A DNA stretch of 64,000 nucleotides, from positions 76,148 to 140,147 of the forward strand of contig JBHGBL010000003.1 of NCBI GenBank assembly GCA_041947015.1. The letters run 5' to 3'. Of the stretch, positions 37,775-48,508 are shown piece by piece. A model generated the notes under the pieces. The model was not told the origin of the DNA, did no database searches, and saw only the letters and a list, made by a program, of their open reading frames with translations. The number at the start of each line of letters is the position of its first letter. Position 1 is the stretch's first letter. The position numbers and the translations under genes are program-made. This DNA is from Vicinamibacterales bacterium. GTDB lineage: Bacteria; Acidobacteriota; Vicinamibacteria; Vicinamibacterales; Fen-181.

Positions 37775-39190
37775 TCAGCGCTGCATCGTACCCGACGGTG
37801 CCGACACAGACCCGATCGTCCTCGTCGCCGTGATTATGCGGCGAATCCGGAAGCTCCCGGCCTTGCCGGATGGCTCGAGGAGGAAGAGGTCGGCCGGCTG
37901 TCCCGTTGCTATGGTCCGCTCGCTCGGCATCTGCTTCCAGTCCGGAAGCTGCACGATGTCGCCGACCTGGTGCCCGAAGCCGAAGGCAGGCGCCAGCGTC
38001 AGCCCGGTGCCGTCCACTATCTCGTAGGCGCCCCAGAAGGAGAGATCCCCGAGATCGTCGATGCTCAGCGCCTCGACCAGCTGCCGTTCCGTCGCGCTCA
38101 CCCGAACGCGCCGGTTCGCTCCAACGCCCACGTCCGAGACGAACGGCGGTATCCCGATGCCGTTGACGATCGAGACGTTGCGAAAGAGCAGGTAGAGCAT
38201 CTGCGACTGGTTCTCCTCGAGCGAGTCGTAGCGGGCCTTGTCCACCTCGTGCACTCTCCCGGTCGCCAGCGCGTCGAGCGACGACATCACGGCGATGAAG
38301 TTCAGCCTGACGAGCTGCGGTTCGTGCGGAGGCTCCGGGTACCCGCCGGTCTCGATCAGTACGACCGGGGTGCCCCACATCGTGACGTTGTCTCCGAAGG
38401 CGCGCGGGTTGAACGTTTCGTCGTACTTGGCGACGTATCCTGGTGCGAACGGCTGCAGGGCATCGGCGATGACCGAGCACACGCGCTTGGCGAGCAGCCT
38501 GCCTTCGTTCTCGCTGAGCTCCTTGTCGTAAGCGACCGCGAGCAGTGAAATCGCTGCAGGCCGGGGCGGTTCACCGCTCGAGGTGCGCCACCCTTGGTTG
38601 TGGAGGTTGAAACCGATCTGAGGCTGGAGCCGATCCCTGAGCGCTTTGAGGATGCGCCCCTCCGGGGTGGTCAGGCGCAGCGCGTCGCGGTTGATGTCGA
38701 TTCCCATGGCGTTCGCGCGTTGCCACCTGGCGGCTCCATCCGGGTTGAGCATTGGCACCACGTGGACCGTCAGCTGGTCGAGGATTCGTTGGATCGGCTC
38801 GTCAGATCTGTGCTTCGCGAAGTACTCCAGCACGTCGAAGAGAGCGGAGGTCGCGTGCGGCTCGTTGCCGTGCATCTGGGACCACATCAGGACGCGGAAC
38901 TTGCCGTGTCCGAACCAGATGTGGTTGATCGAGCGCCCCTCGACCGACTTGCCGATCTCTTCGAGCGAGAAGAGGTCGGGCGCCGCTCTGCGTGCCTCGC
39001 TCAATCGCTGCACGACGTCCTCGTGGATGACGAGTTGCGGGAACGGTGACGAGATGTGCTCCGCGTCCCACACCGAGGCGAGGGCCTTTGGGGTCATACC
39101 AGGCGACTGGGGACTGGCCACAGCCCAAGAGGCGCACGACACCAGGGCGGCGGCAAGGGCTGCCACCGATCTGTTGCTGCGGTCAGGCAT
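37775..39190 (-). CDS. M14-family zinc carboxypeptidase, secreted
   Basis: Has the zinc-ligand motif HGNE (QMHGNEPHA) and a signal peptide after the re-set start MPDRSNRSVAALAAAL. Confidence 0.7.
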   Translation of the reverse strand: MPDRSNRSVAALAAALVSCASWAVASPQSPGMTPKALASVWDAEHISSPFPQLVIHEDVVQRLSEARRAAPDLFSLEEIGKSVEGRSINHIWFGHGKFRVLMWSQMHGNEPHATSALFDVLEYFAKHRSDEPIQRILDQLTVHVVPMLNPDGAARWQRANAMGIDINRDALRLTTPEGRILKALRDRLQPQIGFNLHNQGWRTSSGEPPRPAAISLLAVAYDKELSENEGRLLAKRVCSVIADALQPFAPGYVAKYDETFNPRAFGDNVTMWGTPVVLIETGGYPEPPHEPQLVRLNFIAVMSSLDALATGRVHEVDKARYDSLEENQSQMLYLLFRNVSIVNGIGIPPFVSDVGVGANRRVRVSATERQLVEALSIDDLGDLSFWGAYEIVDGTGLTLAPAFGFGHQVGDIVQLPDWKQMPSERTIATGQPADLFLLEPSGKAGSFRIRRIITATRTIGSVSAPSGTMQR

Positions 39191-39472
39191 GACGTTCTTC
39201 CTCCTTTCGAGGGCGCTCGAGATTCTACCTGGGCCCATTGGAAACCGAACGCCGCGAGCTTGTTTCGGATGACCCCTTGTGCGGAATCGGCATGGGCCTG
39301 TGCCGGGCCGACCCGAAGACGTCCCCCGACCGATCGAGTCGGATCATGCCCCCCAGTTTCCGCGGGTTTCGCGGTCTTGGGGCCTCCGCTGAAGTGCCCC
39401 GGGAGGTGGCTCCGGTATACTGGGGGAATAAACGAGGCGGCATCAGTGTTTTCCGGAAGGGTCGGCTGAATC

Positions 39473-40063
39473 GTGTTCGGGCGTGGACGCCGGCCCACCG
39501 GGGCGGCCCGGACGAGTGCCGCGGACAGCTTCGAGGACCAGGCGCTCGGCTTCCTCGACGCGCTGTACGGTACGGCCCTCCGGCTGACCCGAAACCCCGC
39601 AGATGCCGAGGATCTCGTGCAGGAGACCTACCTGAAAGCGTTCCGGTCGGCAGGCCAGTTCAAGCCGGACACGAACCTGAAGGCCTGGCTCTTCACCATC
39701 CTCCACAACACGTTCCTCAACTCCAAGCGGAGAACCGGCAAGGAGCCCATCGTCGAGAGCGAGATAGTCGAGCGCGCGGCATCCACGGCGACGGGGCCGG
39801 AAGAGTCCCCGGAACAGTTGCTGCTGCGCGAAACGATAGACCTCGACCTGCAGCAGGCGCTCGACGAGCTGCCCGAGGTGTTCAGGGAAGCTGTCTGGTT
39901 GCGCGATGTCGAGGAGTTCTCGTACGCCGAGATCGCGGCGATGCTGGACGTGCCTGTAGGGACGGTCATGTCCCGGATATCGCGAGGCCGGCGAGCGCTA
40001 CACAAGGCGCTGGTGAGCCGCTCGGATCGGTACCGTCGGATGGAGGTTGCGGAGCGCAGCTGA
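39473..40063 (+). CDS. ECF-subfamily RNA polymerase sigma-70 factor
   Basis: Has region 2 ([11 protein letters not shown]...WLFTILHN) and region 4 ([25 protein letters not shown]). The start is GTG. Confidence 0.85.
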   Translation: MFGRGRRPTGAARTSAADSFEDQALGFLDALYGTALRLTRNPADAEDLVQETYLKAFRSAGQFKPDTNLKAWLFTILHNTFLNSKRRTGKEPIVESEIVERAASTATGPEESPEQLLLRETIDLDLQQALDELPEVFREAVWLRDVEEFSYAEIAAMLDVPVGTVMSRISRGRRALHKALVSRSDRYRRMEVAERS

Positions 40064-40100
40064 TGCCGGCTGGTGCCGGCAGGCGGGTGCGGCGGGCAAA

Positions 40101-40859
40101 ATGGCGAACTGCGAAGATATCGAGCGATTGATCGCGCCCTACGTGGACGGCGGGATCGACGAGCGTGAGAAGGAGCGGGTGGCCGCGCACCTAGGTGCGT
40201 GCGCGCCGTGCCGAAACACGGCCGGCAGGGAAGCCGCTGCGCGGCAGGTTCTCCACGCCCGAGCGAAAGCTCTCGTTCCCCGCGCGTCCACGGATCTAAG
40301 GGCGCGCTGTGCGCGCACCGCCGGTGCGCCATCCTCCCTGGCGTGGGTCGGCAGAGGAGCTTCAGCCTGGCGCAGGGCGGCCGTTCCGCTCGCAGCTGCT
40401 GCCAGCCTGCTCTTGGGTGTCGCCGCGATATATGCTACCCGGGCGACGACCGCCTCGCTCGCCGCTCAGCTCACCCTGGATCACGTGAAGTGTTTCACGC
40501 TGTTCTCTGAGCCCGTCACTCGCGTCGACCCTGAAACAGTTTCACGGTCGCTCGAATCGGCCTATGGTCTGCGGGTCGATGTGCCGGCCGGGCTGGATGA
40601 GGAGGGCCTCAGGCTGCTGGGAGCGCGGCGCTGCCTGACGGCGGACGGCCGGGTGGCACACGTGCTCTACCGTCACGATGGACACAACGTCTCGCTCTTC
40701 GTCATCCCCGGTTACGAGTGGAAGGCCGGCGCCAGGTCCCTGATGGGGCACGAGACAATTGTCTGGTCCGCCAACGGCAATGGCTACGCCGTGGTCGGCG
40801 CCCAGCCGGCAGGCGAGCTGCGGCGTGCAGCGTACCTCCTGCAGCGGAAACTGCGTTGA
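40101..40859 (+). CDS. anti-sigma factor with an N-terminal zf-HC2 motif, one transmembrane segment and a periplasmic domain
   Basis: MANCEDIERLIAPYVDG...HLGACAPC (H-x3-C-x2-C) directly downstream of the ECF sigma gene. Confidence 0.75.
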   Translation: MANCEDIERLIAPYVDGGIDEREKERVAAHLGACAPCRNTAGREAAARQVLHARAKALVPRASTDLRARCARTAGAPSSLAWVGRGASAWRRAAVPLAAAASLLLGVAAIYATRATTASLAAQLTLDHVKCFTLFSEPVTRVDPETVSRSLESAYGLRVDVPAGLDEEGLRLLGARRCLTADGRVAHVLYRHDGHNVSLFVIPGYEWKAGARSLMGHETIVWSANGNGYAVVGAQPAGELRRAAYLLQRKLR

Positions 40860-40903
40860 ATGCCCGGCCGCAGCGCGGCCGGATCGAACCCCTGAGGAGA
40901 TCG

Positions 40904-41461
40904 ATGAGAAGACCGTGGATGCTCGCAGCGCTGATTGCCGCCGTCATCATCACGGCAGTCACGTTCCTGCCGATGGCGCCCGAGCCTGAGGGGGATTCGG
41001 GCAGCCAGGCGACGGGCGGACGGGGGCCGGGTTGCGCGGCCGACGCCCCCTTGGCGAACCTGGATTTCGTGATGCAGAACATGCACGGGCGTCAGGTGAA
41101 CCTCGCGGACCTCAAAGGCAAGGTCGTGCTGATCAACTTCTGGGCGACCTGGTGCCCGCCGTGCAGGGTCGAGATCCCCGAGTTCGTCGACCTCCAGGAG
41201 AAATACCGCGACGAAGGACTGGCCGTCGTGGGCATCTCGGTTGACGACCCGATCGAGAGCCTCGCCTCCTTCGCGTCGGAGTTCGACGTCAACTACGAGA
41301 TCCTCGTCGGGCGTGACCGCGAGGACGTGCAGGAGGCGTTCGGGCCGATAATGGGCGTACCCACGAGCTTCATAATCGGGCGCGACGGCCGCGTGTGCTA
41401 CCACCGGCCGGGGCTCGCGAGCAAGGAGGAATTCGAACGGGAGATCCGCGCGCTGCTGTAG
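40904..41461 (+). CDS. TlpA/ResA-like thiol:disulfide oxidoreductase (thioredoxin fold, WCPPC), membrane-anchored
   Basis: N-terminal anchor, then FWATWCPPCRVEIPEF. The start was re-set to the ATG at 40904, which has a GAGGAG SD. Confidence 0.8.
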   Translation: MRRPWMLAALIAAVIITAVTFLPMAPEPEGDSGSQATGGRGPGCAADAPLANLDFVMQNMHGRQVNLADLKGKVVLINFWATWCPPCRVEIPEFVDLQEKYRDEGLAVVGISVDDPIESLASFASEFDVNYEILVGRDREDVQEAFGPIMGVPTSFIIGRDGRVCYHRPGLASKEEFEREIRALL

Positions 41462-41510
41462 TATGATCCAATCGTCAGGTTGACGCGGCGTTGCCCGCTG
41501 GCGCGCACCC

Positions 41511-41753
41511 GTGATCGAAGGCCGCAACATGCTGAAGGGATTCACCCACGCTCGACTCGCTTGCGGCTGCCGCATCACCTTCCGTGAAGGCGTCCAGGGA
41601 AGCCCAGTTACGGTGGTCATCGAGCAGAAAGGCCCGGGGTGTGTGATGAGCCTGCACGTTACCGGCTTGCCGCTGTTCGACTACCGCGAGGCTCTCAGGC
41701 CGCCAACCCGGCTCGGTCCTGCCGAGGAGGAAGGGTACGAGGAGGAAGGATAG
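41511..41753 (+). CDS. hypothetical small Cys-containing protein
   Basis: 80-aa ORF (CGC...GC) with strongly G/C-biased third codon positions. No family was recognised. Confidence 0.35.
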   Translation: MIEGRNMLKGFTHARLACGCRITFREGVQGSPVTVVIEQKGPGCVMSLHVTGLPLFDYREALRPPTRLGPAEEEGYEEEG

Positions 41754-41756
41754 CGC

Positions 41757-42947
41757 TCACAGTTCCCTGAGAGCGCTCACCACCGGGAGCCTGGCGGCAC
41801 GTATGGCCGGAAGAATCCCGCCCACCAGGCCCATCGCCAGGGCGTAGACGATCCCCCCGACAATCAGGCGCGGCGTCACAGTGAAGGCGAAGGCCACCTG
41901 GCTGAACGTCTGCCAGTTGATCGTGGACGTCCGGAAACCGTTGAAAGCGGCGTAGGCGATCGCGCCGCCAGCGATGCCGCCCGTGAGCGCGATGACGAGT
42001 GCCTCTGACAGAACCGAGCAGACGACCGGCCCGCCGCGGAACCCGAGCGCACGGAGAGTGGCAATCTCGCGGGTCCTCGACTGGACCGCCGAGTACATGG
42101 TGTTCACGGCGCCGAACACGGCGCCGATCCCCATGAGGCCCGCCACCAGGAACCCGAGCGTGGTAATGAGCCGTACGAGCGTCTGCGACTGCTCGGCGTA
42201 GTAGTCAGACTGCCGTACCACCTTCAGATCGAGCCTCGGGTCGGACGTCAGCGCGCGGCGGAACGAATCGAAGGCTTCCGCCGATTCCAGCTTTGCGACA
42301 ATCACCTGGAAGCTGTTGCCCCGCTGGTATAGCGGCTGCAGCACAGCGGCGTCGCACCAGATCTCCGAATCGGCGACCGTGCCACCGGTGTCGAAGACGC
42401 CGACCACGGTCCAATCGCTTCGCCCCCAGGTGACTTTTCGTCCCAGATCGATACCGGCGAACTGGGCCACCGCGTTTACGCCGGCGATGACCTCGTTGCG
42501 GCCGGGCTCGAACCGTCTGCCCTCGACGATGTTGACGTCGTCGCGCACCTTGAACGCCTGCTGCTGTACGCCGCGAAGCGATACGTTCGCAACCGTGCCG
42601 GTTGTCCTCTTGGGCAGATCCACGATCACGAAGAGCTCGGCTGAGGCCCACGCCCCGGCGTCGTCCCGCCGTAGACCAGGGGCATCGGCTACGACGCGGA
42701 TGTCCTCGCGGAGGATAACGCTCGTCATCTCGCTGTCGGCGCCCGCGCGCATTACCATCGCTGTGTCTTCGCCTCCTGTCGCGGTCATCGTCTGGCGGAA
42801 CCCCTCCGCCATCGACAGCACAGACACGAAAACGCCCACGACGCCCGTGATGCCTATAACTGCAACGAGAGAGGGGACGACGCGCGCGGTCATCGTCCTG
42901 AGGTTCAGAGCGGTGACCGCAGCGACCTGCAGCAGCCAGGCACCCAT
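41757..42947 (-). CDS. ABC transporter permease, FtsX/MacB family (second permease)
   Basis: Start re-set to [11 protein letters not shown], overlapping the upstream gene's stop. Has four transmembrane segments and a large periplasmic loop. Confidence 0.75.
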   Translation of the reverse strand: MGAWLLQVAAVTALNLRTMTARVVPSLVAVIGITGVVGVFVSVLSMAEGFRQTMTATGGEDTAMVMRAGADSEMTSVILREDIRVVADAPGLRRDDAGAWASAELFVIVDLPKRTTGTVANVSLRGVQQQAFKVRDDVNIVEGRRFEPGRNEVIAGVNAVAQFAGIDLGRKVTWGRSDWTVVGVFDTGGTVADSEIWCDAAVLQPLYQRGNSFQVIVAKLESAEAFDSFRRALTSDPRLDLKVVRQSDYYAEQSQTLVRLITTLGFLVAGLMGIGAVFGAVNTMYSAVQSRTREIATLRALGFRGGPVVCSVLSEALVIALTGGIAGGAIAYAAFNGFRTSTINWQTFSQVAFAFTVTPRLIVGGIVYALAMGLVGGILPAIRAARLPVVSALREL

Positions 42948-44101
42948 CACGTCCTCCGAAGCGCGTCGGCGATGCGCAGCCGCATCGCCTGTACTGCAGG
43001 CATCAGGCCCGCGACGAGGCCGAGGCCGAGCGCGAGCGCGGCCCCGGTCGCAAACGCCTTTGCGGGGATGTAGAAAGCAGGGAACAGGCCCCCCGTCGGA
43101 TCGCCTCCATGTGTGATCGCCCAGGCGAGCAGCAACCCCAGGCTGCCGCCGGACAGCCCGATCGCGCACGACTCGAGGAGGACCAGGAACAGGACGAGCC
43201 GGTTGCCGAAGCCCAACGTCTTGAGCACGGCAAGCTCGCTGGTCCGCTCTCGCACGGACTGCGCCATGGTGTTGGCCGCCACCAGGAGAATCGTGAAGAA
43301 GACTGCCGTTACAATCGCGGCGATGATCGAGCCCACATCACCTACCTGGGCCGCGAACGCCTGCGCGAACGCCTTCTCGGGTACGGTTTTCGTTTCGTAT
43401 TCCGAGTTGGCGAACATGCCGTCCAGGCGCTCTATTGTAGCTGCCGCCCCAGCCGGATCGGCTATCCGGATGACGTACCACCCGACTAGCCCCTGTCCGA
43501 ACCGCCGTCCCTCGTCGAAGTAGTCGTACCGGAAGATGAAGGGTGTCGTGTCGGCCCCTTTTCGCGTCGTGCCGTAGATCCCGCAAATGTCGAACTCCCA
43601 CGTGCGGCTGCCGTCAGGCTTGGTCCAGATGGTCGCCTGTATCGGGACCCTGTCTCCGACCTTCCATCCGAAGCGCTCGGCTGTCGCTTCTCCAACGACC
43701 GCGCACGTGCGCTCCGCCGCGAACCGCTTCCACTGGTCCTCCGGCAGGACGTACTCGGGGTACATGCGCCGCCAGTCCGCGGGATCGACCGGCAGCTGCA
43801 TGAAGAAGTTCTTCGGGTCCTGGTAAACGCCGCCGAAGTACGTCTGGTGCATGACCTCGACGACCCCCGGCACCGCCTCGATGCGCGCTTCGTAGCTGAT
43901 GGGAAGGAGCTGGATGATCGAAACCTTGTGGGTCATGATCAGCCGGTCCATGTCGGCGACGTCGACGCCGGCGGTAAAGGCAAGCTTCAGCGCCGACAGG
44001 ACGCCGAACAAGGTGAACGCAACGACGATCGAGAGCGTCGTGAAGAGCGTCCGAGCCTTCCGGCGGGCCAGGTTCCGCCAGACGAGCGGGAGGAACTTCA
44101 T
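42947..44101 (-). CDS. ABC transporter permease, FtsX/MacB family (first permease)
   Basis: Start re-set to [21 protein letters not shown], the typical MacB permease N-terminus, with ATGA overlap to the ATPase stop. Confidence 0.75.
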   Translation of the reverse strand: MKFLPLVWRNLARRKARTLFTTLSIVVAFTLFGVLSALKLAFTAGVDVADMDRLIMTHKVSIIQLLPISYEARIEAVPGVVEVMHQTYFGGVYQDPKNFFMQLPVDPADWRRMYPEYVLPEDQWKRFAAERTCAVVGEATAERFGWKVGDRVPIQATIWTKPDGSRTWEFDICGIYGTTRKGADTTPFIFRYDYFDEGRRFGQGLVGWYVIRIADPAGAAATIERLDGMFANSEYETKTVPEKAFAQAFAAQVGDVGSIIAAIVTAVFFTILLVAANTMAQSVRERTSELAVLKTLGFGNRLVLFLVLLESCAIGLSGGSLGLLLAWAITHGGDPTGGLFPAFYIPAKAFATGAALALGLGLVAGLMPAVQAMRLRIADALRRT

Positions 44102-44796
44102 GCCGCCGGCTCCGCCGCGAGCACGCCCTTGTCGAGGTAGAGGGTCCTCTTCGCCCGCGCGGCAGCGTGCGGATCGTGGGTGACCATCGCGATAGTCTTG
44201 CCATGCTCGGTGTTCAACGCCTGCAGCAGGTCGAGGATCTCGTCTCCAGAGCGGCGATCGAGGTCGCCTGTCGGCTCGTCGCACAGCAGGATTTCCGGGT
44301 CCGCGACTATCGCGCGCGCGATACCGACCCGCTGCTCTTGCCCGCCCGATAGCTGCCTCGGATAGTGCCTCGCACGGTCCGACACGCCGACTATCGCCAG
44401 CGCGGTCGCGACGTGCCGCCTGCGCTCGCGCCGCGAGAGGCGAGTGAGCAGGAGCGGCAGCTCGACGTTGCGCTCGGCGGTCAACACGGGAATCAGGTTG
44501 TAGAGCTGGAAGACGAACCCGATATGCCGCGCCCGCCACGCGGCCAGCTTCCCCTCGGACATCTGGTCGATCCTCTCGCCGCCCACCTCTATCGACCCGC
44601 CGGTCGGCCGGTCCAATCCGCCGATCAGGTTGAGTAGGGTGGACTTCCCCGAGCCTGACGGTCCCATGAGCGCGACGAAGTCGCCGGCGGGTATGTCGAG
44701 CGAGAGGCCGTGGAGCACGTCGATGCGCTCGGCGCCCCGGTGGAACACCTTGTGGAGGTCGATCACCCTCACCATCGGGCCTTCACGATTTGCCAT
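44098..44796 (-). CDS. ABC transporter ATP-binding protein (MacB/LolD-type)
   Basis: Has Walker A (GPSGSGKST), the signature LSGGQEQR, Walker B (LLCDEPT) and the H-loop. Confidence 0.9.
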   Translation of the reverse strand: MANREGPMVRVIDLHKVFHRGAERIDVLHGLSLDIPAGDFVALMGPSGSGKSTLLNLIGGLDRPTGGSIEVGGERIDQMSEGKLAAWRARHIGFVFQLYNLIPVLTAERNVELPLLLTRLSRRERRRHVATALAIVGVSDRARHYPRQLSGGQEQRVGIARAIVADPEILLCDEPTGDLDRRSGDEILDLLQALNTEHGKTIAMVTHDPHAAARAKRTLYLDKGVLAAEPAA

Positions 44797-46021
44797 TTCG
44801 CACCTCGACCCGCTGGCCGTCAGCGAGCCCGGCGGGCGGGTCCACTACGAGCAGGTCGCCGGCGGTGACGCCCGAGACGATCTGCACGCCCTCGCCGGTG
44901 GCGGGCCCGATCGCGACCGGCCGCCGGACGGCATGGCCATCGCGCACCAGGAAGACAACAAACTGCCCATTGTCGTCCACTATGGCAGTCTTCGGAACCA
45001 CCACGTGCGCCGCAGTGGCCCGCGGGGCTTCCGTGCCGCCACGCTGGTCACGGAACGCAACCTTCACGCCCATGTCGGGCAATATCCGGGGATCCAGCTT
45101 CTCGAAGCCGATACGTACGAGAACGGTCGCCTTCTGTCGATCGGCGGTTGGCACGAGCGTGATCACGCGGGCCGGGATGCGCCAGTCGGGATAGGCGTCG
45201 AGCGTTGCCTCGACGGCCTGACCCGGCGCGACCCTCCCGATGTAGCTCTCGTTGACGTCCACCTCAATTTCGAGCGACTGCATGTCCACGACCGTGCAGA
45301 TGCCGGTCCTGGTGAAACCGCCCCCGGCCGAAACGGGCGAAATCATCTCGCCCGGCTGTGCATCCTTGGACACCGCAACGCCCGAGAACGGCGCACGGAT
45401 CGTCGTGTCGTCCAGTTCCGTTCTGCGCAGCGCCACGTTGGCCTCCGCAACCGAAACCTGTTCCCGCTCAGCGGCCAGACGCGCCTCCAGTGCGCCCACC
45501 GCCGCCACAGCCGCGTCCAGGTCAGCGCGGTTGGCTATGCCGTCTTCCGCCAGTGACCGCATGCGACGAAGCGTCACGCGCGCCTCGTCCAGCCGTACGG
45601 ACGTCTCGTCGAGGCTGCGCCGCGCCGCCTGCAACTGCGCCTCCGCTACGGCGAGAAACGCTCTCGGCGTGGTGTCGTCCAGGCGCGCCAGCACCTGACC
45701 TTCAACCACGGCCATGCCCTCCTCGACAAGGACCTGCGACACCTTGCCCGTCACCTTGGACGAAACCGTCGCACGCCGCCGCGCCGTCACGTAGCCAGAC
45801 GCGTTGAGCACGACACCGTTGCCCGCTGCGGAAGGCCGTTCCGTCACCCTCTCGACTCGGACCAGCAGGGCGGGCATGGTGCCGAACCACACCCACCATG
45901 CCGCCACGCCGGCGGTGACGACCATTACGCAGAGCAATCCCGCAACAGCGCGGCGGCCGGTGCCGCTCCGAGCCGATTCGTCAATCCGCAGACCTTCGAG
46001 GGATGGTTTGAGGGTGGACAT
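44783..46021 (-). CDS. periplasmic adaptor (membrane fusion protein, HlyD/MacA family)
   Basis: N-terminal anchor, a coiled-coil hairpin (Ala/Arg/Glu-rich) and beta-barrel/membrane-proximal domains. It is the first gene of the MFP-ATPase-permease-permease operon. Confidence 0.8.
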   Translation of the reverse strand: MSTLKPSLEGLRIDESARSGTGRRAVAGLLCVMVVTAGVAAWWVWFGTMPALLVRVERVTERPSAAGNGVVLNASGYVTARRRATVSSKVTGKVSQVLVEEGMAVVEGQVLARLDDTTPRAFLAVAEAQLQAARRSLDETSVRLDEARVTLRRMRSLAEDGIANRADLDAAVAAVGALEARLAAEREQVSVAEANVALRRTELDDTTIRAPFSGVAVSKDAQPGEMISPVSAGGGFTRTGICTVVDMQSLEIEVDVNESYIGRVAPGQAVEATLDAYPDWRIPARVITLVPTADRQKATVLVRIGFEKLDPRILPDMGVKVAFRDQRGGTEAPRATAAHVVVPKTAIVDDNGQFVVFLVRDGHAVRRPVAIGPATGEGVQIVSGVTAGDLLVVDPPAGLADGQRVEVRNGKS

Positions 46022-46122
46022 ACTGCGGCTCGTGCATCGGGCAGCCAGGGAAACAGGCGCCGCCCGGTTACCGAATCATATGACAACCGCCCTGGTACGG
46101 TCCTCTCCAGGCGGGCGGGGGG

Positions 46123-46434
46123 TCAGAGGTAGCGCGCCAACCCACGGAGGGCGTTCAGAAGAGCTTCTCCCAGCAGGCTGGCGAACGGCGCAACGGCGCC
46201 GTCCGCCAGCGCACCGGCCACGCCGGCTGGGTCGCTCAGCACCAACCATACGGTGGCCACGGCAAGGAGGGCCGCAAGTCCTGCGGCGGCCACCGCAACG
46301 CTGACGCCTGTGCGTGCGAGGAACATATCGATACCCGCCGGACACGTTCCGCCCCCAACAGCCTGAGCTGGTCTGAGCCGGGAGTCGCCAATTCGCACGC
46401 TGCCCGGGACAACCGGTGTCAGCAGGGCGCCCAA
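46123..46434 (-). CDS. hypothetical small hydrophobic protein (possibly about 66 aa from an internal Met)
   Basis: ORF with a transmembrane-like Ala/Leu-rich segment in a 580-bp region that is otherwise gene-free. Weak. Confidence 0.2.
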   Translation of the reverse strand: MGALLTPVVPGSVRIGDSRLRPAQAVGGGTCPAGIDMFLARTGVSVAVAAAGLAALLAVATVWLVLSDPAGVAGALADGAVAPFASLLGEALLNALRGLARYL

Positions 46435-46596
46435 GCGAATTCACGTATCCCGGTCAGCTGCCCGCACCGACGCTCCGCAGAGTCGTCCCCTGCCTGCGAC
46501 GGCGACAGTGACGCAGAGGTGCGCCGGCCGTGCGTCAAACAGCTGGCGCCTTCATGCTCGAAACCCTCCGCCGCCGGACACGAGTGCACGCTGCCC

Positions 46597-46794
46597 TCAC
46601 AACTTGTCGTCATCTGTTTCCTGGTGGGCCTTCTCCGGACGTTCACGGAGGCGGCCAGCCGACCTCAATGACTGACGCAGCAGGAACTCGATCTGCGCGT
46701 TGAGGCTTCGGAGGTCGTCGTTCGCCCAGCGCTGAAGCGCCTCGAGGACGGCCGCGTCGATCCGAAGAAGAAAAGGCTTCCGTGCAGGCACCAC
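46597..46794 (-). CDS. Arc/MetJ-type ribbon-helix-helix DNA-binding protein
   Basis: 65 aa. The segment KPFLLRIDAAVLEALQRWANDDLRSLNAQIEFLLRQSL matches the widespread Arc-family RHH small proteins. It begins 12 nt downstream of the SPFH gene. Confidence 0.65.
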   Translation of the reverse strand: MVPARKPFLLRIDAAVLEALQRWANDDLRSLNAQIEFLLRQSLRSAGRLRERPEKAHQETDDDKL

Positions 46795-46806
46795 TGGCCC
46801 CGCGAA

Positions 46807-47676
46807 CTACTGATAGAGCGACCCCGTGTTGAGCACCGGCTGCGCCCCGCGTTCACCGCACAGCACGACGAGCAGGTTGCTGACCATAGTTGCCTTGCGT
46901 TCCTCGTCCAGTTCGACGATGGCTTTCTTGGACAGCATCTCGAGCGCCATCTCGACCATCCCGACGGCGCCCTCGACGATTCGCTGCCTTGCCGCGATGA
47001 TGGCTCCCGCCTGCTGACGCTGCAGCATGGCCGCCGCGATCTCTGGCGCGTACGCGAGATGGCTGATCCGCGCCTCCAGCACTTCCACCCCTGCCTTCGC
47101 CAACCTGTCTTGCAATTCCTTGACGAGGTGCTGGGCCACGGCTGCCGTCTGCCCCCGAAGCGACACCCGATCCTCTTCGTGGGCGTCATACGGGTAGTTC
47201 GTCGCCAGGCCCCGGAGGGCAGCCTCGCTCTGGACGTGGACGTAGTTCTCGTAGTTGTCGACCTCGAAGGCCGCTTCGGCCGTTTCGATCACTCGCCAGA
47301 CGACGACTGCCGCAATCTCGATGGGATTCCCCTCGCTGTCGTTCACCTTCAGGCGCTGGGTCTCGAAGTTGCGCACGCGCAGCGAGATTCGCCTCTTGCT
47401 GTAAAACGGGTTCGCCCACCTGAGCCCGGTCGTCCGCACCGTGCCCACGTATTCGCCGAACAGCTGAAGGACCTTGCCCTCGTTCGGGTTCACGGTGAAC
47501 AGCCCGAAGAGGCAGACGACGGTCACGACGATGAGGATCGCCAGGGCCACTACCCAGAAGGTCGATCCTGCCATGGCTGTCACGACGAGGCCGTAGGCAA
47601 GGAGAGGGAGCGCTGGAAGGAGAAAAGCCAGCGCAAGCCAACCCGATGTGGCAGACCGTTCACGTTCGCGGATCAT
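46807..47676 (-). CDS. SPFH/band-7 domain membrane protein (stomatin/prohibitin-like)
   Basis: Two N-terminal transmembrane helices, then an SPFH core and a C-terminal coiled region. The start was re-set to the ATG (MIRERE), which has a GGAGG SD 9 nt upstream. Confidence 0.75.
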   Translation of the reverse strand: MIRERERSATSGWLALAFLLPALPLLAYGLVVTAMAGSTFWVVALAILIVVTVVCLFGLFTVNPNEGKVLQLFGEYVGTVRTTGLRWANPFYSKRRISLRVRNFETQRLKVNDSEGNPIEIAAVVVWRVIETAEAAFEVDNYENYVHVQSEAALRGLATNYPYDAHEEDRVSLRGQTAAVAQHLVKELQDRLAKAGVEVLEARISHLAYAPEIAAAMLQRQQAGAIIAARQRIVEGAVGMVEMALEMLSKKAIVELDEERKATMVSNLLVVLCGERGAQPVLNTGSLYQ

Positions 47677-47711
47677 CTGCGTCAACCTCCTGAGGCCGAG
47701 CTGTAAGCTAG

Positions 47712-47745
47712 CATAATGATATCATCATGAAAGCTCAAAGTCAAG
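47712..47745 (-). promoter_or_regulatory. near-consensus sigma-70 promoter (TTGACT - 17 nt - TATCAT) on the minus strand, driving the SPFH-RHH genes
   Basis: Read from the reverse complement: ctcTTGACTttgagctttcatgatgaTATCATtatgc...GGAGGttgacgcagATG. The -10 is embedded in the palindrome ATGATATCAT, inside an unusually AT-rich 60-bp island. Confidence 0.5.
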
Positions 47746-47832
47746 AGGAAGAACCGGTCCAAGGGCAGTAGAATTGAGCGTCGCGAGACCCGAGTTCCAT
47801 CGGGCGGACGGGTTTCGGGAAAGGAATCGCCG

Positions 47833-48192
47833 ATGGTGAAAGCCGGCGAGCGGTTCGCGGTTGTTGCGGGCGCGGTGTGCGCGGCCCTGCTGGTTATGGC
47901 GTGCGACGAACCGGCGGAGCCGATCCTGGTTCAGCGAACGCAGTTGACGGTGCACAACCAGACGCGCCAGGACTGGCATGACATCCAGGTTTGGGTGAAC
48001 GACCATTACCGGGTTCTCGTGAAGTCGATCGAAGCAGGCCAGCGCTACCGCGTGCCCCTGGACATGTTCGTGGCGTGGCAGGGCCAGCGCTTCGACCCGG
48101 CGCGCCAGGTCGTGCAGGGCGTGGAGGTGACTGCGCTCACGGCCGATGGAAGCGATGTTGTTCTCGTCTGGGGCAAGGGCCGCAGGCGATGA
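47833..48192 (+). CDS. hypothetical lipoprotein
   Basis: Signal peptide with the lipobox LLVMAC; about 100-aa mature beta-rich domain. Confidence 0.55.
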   Translation: MVKAGERFAVVAGAVCAALLVMACDEPAEPILVQRTQLTVHNQTRQDWHDIQVWVNDHYRVLVKSIEAGQRYRVPLDMFVAWQGQRFDPARQVVQGVEVTALTADGSDVVLVWGKGRRR

Positions 48193-48205
48193 TGAAGGGT
48201 GCGAC

Positions 48206-48508
48206 ATGGCGAAGCTGGAGTCCGAATTCGAAGTGAAGTGCCCGTGCTGCGGTGCGGCGCTCGTGATGGACGTGAACCTGCGGCGCATGGTTCGCTACGA
48301 GGAACCGGAGCGTGAGGACAAGCCGGATCTCGACGCGGCGCAGCGGATCCTGGCCGAGGAAGCGGCGCGGCGAGAGGCGCTCTTCCAGCAGTCGGTCAAC
48401 GCCGAACGCACTCGCGGCGATGCGTTGTCGAAGCGGTTCGAAGAGGCGCTCAAGCAGGCGCGCAAGGAGCCGGTGACGGCGCCGAAGCGCGACTTCGATC
48501 TCGATTGA
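48206..48508 (+). CDS. hypothetical zinc-ribbon protein (CPCCG)
   Basis: Start re-set to MAKLESEFEVKCPCCGAALV. The C-terminal part is a charged helix. It lies 14 nt after the lipoprotein gene. Confidence 0.5.
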   Translation: MAKLESEFEVKCPCCGAALVMDVNLRRMVRYEEPEREDKPDLDAAQRILAEEAARREALFQQSVNAERTRGDALSKRFEEALKQARKEPVTAPKRDFDLD

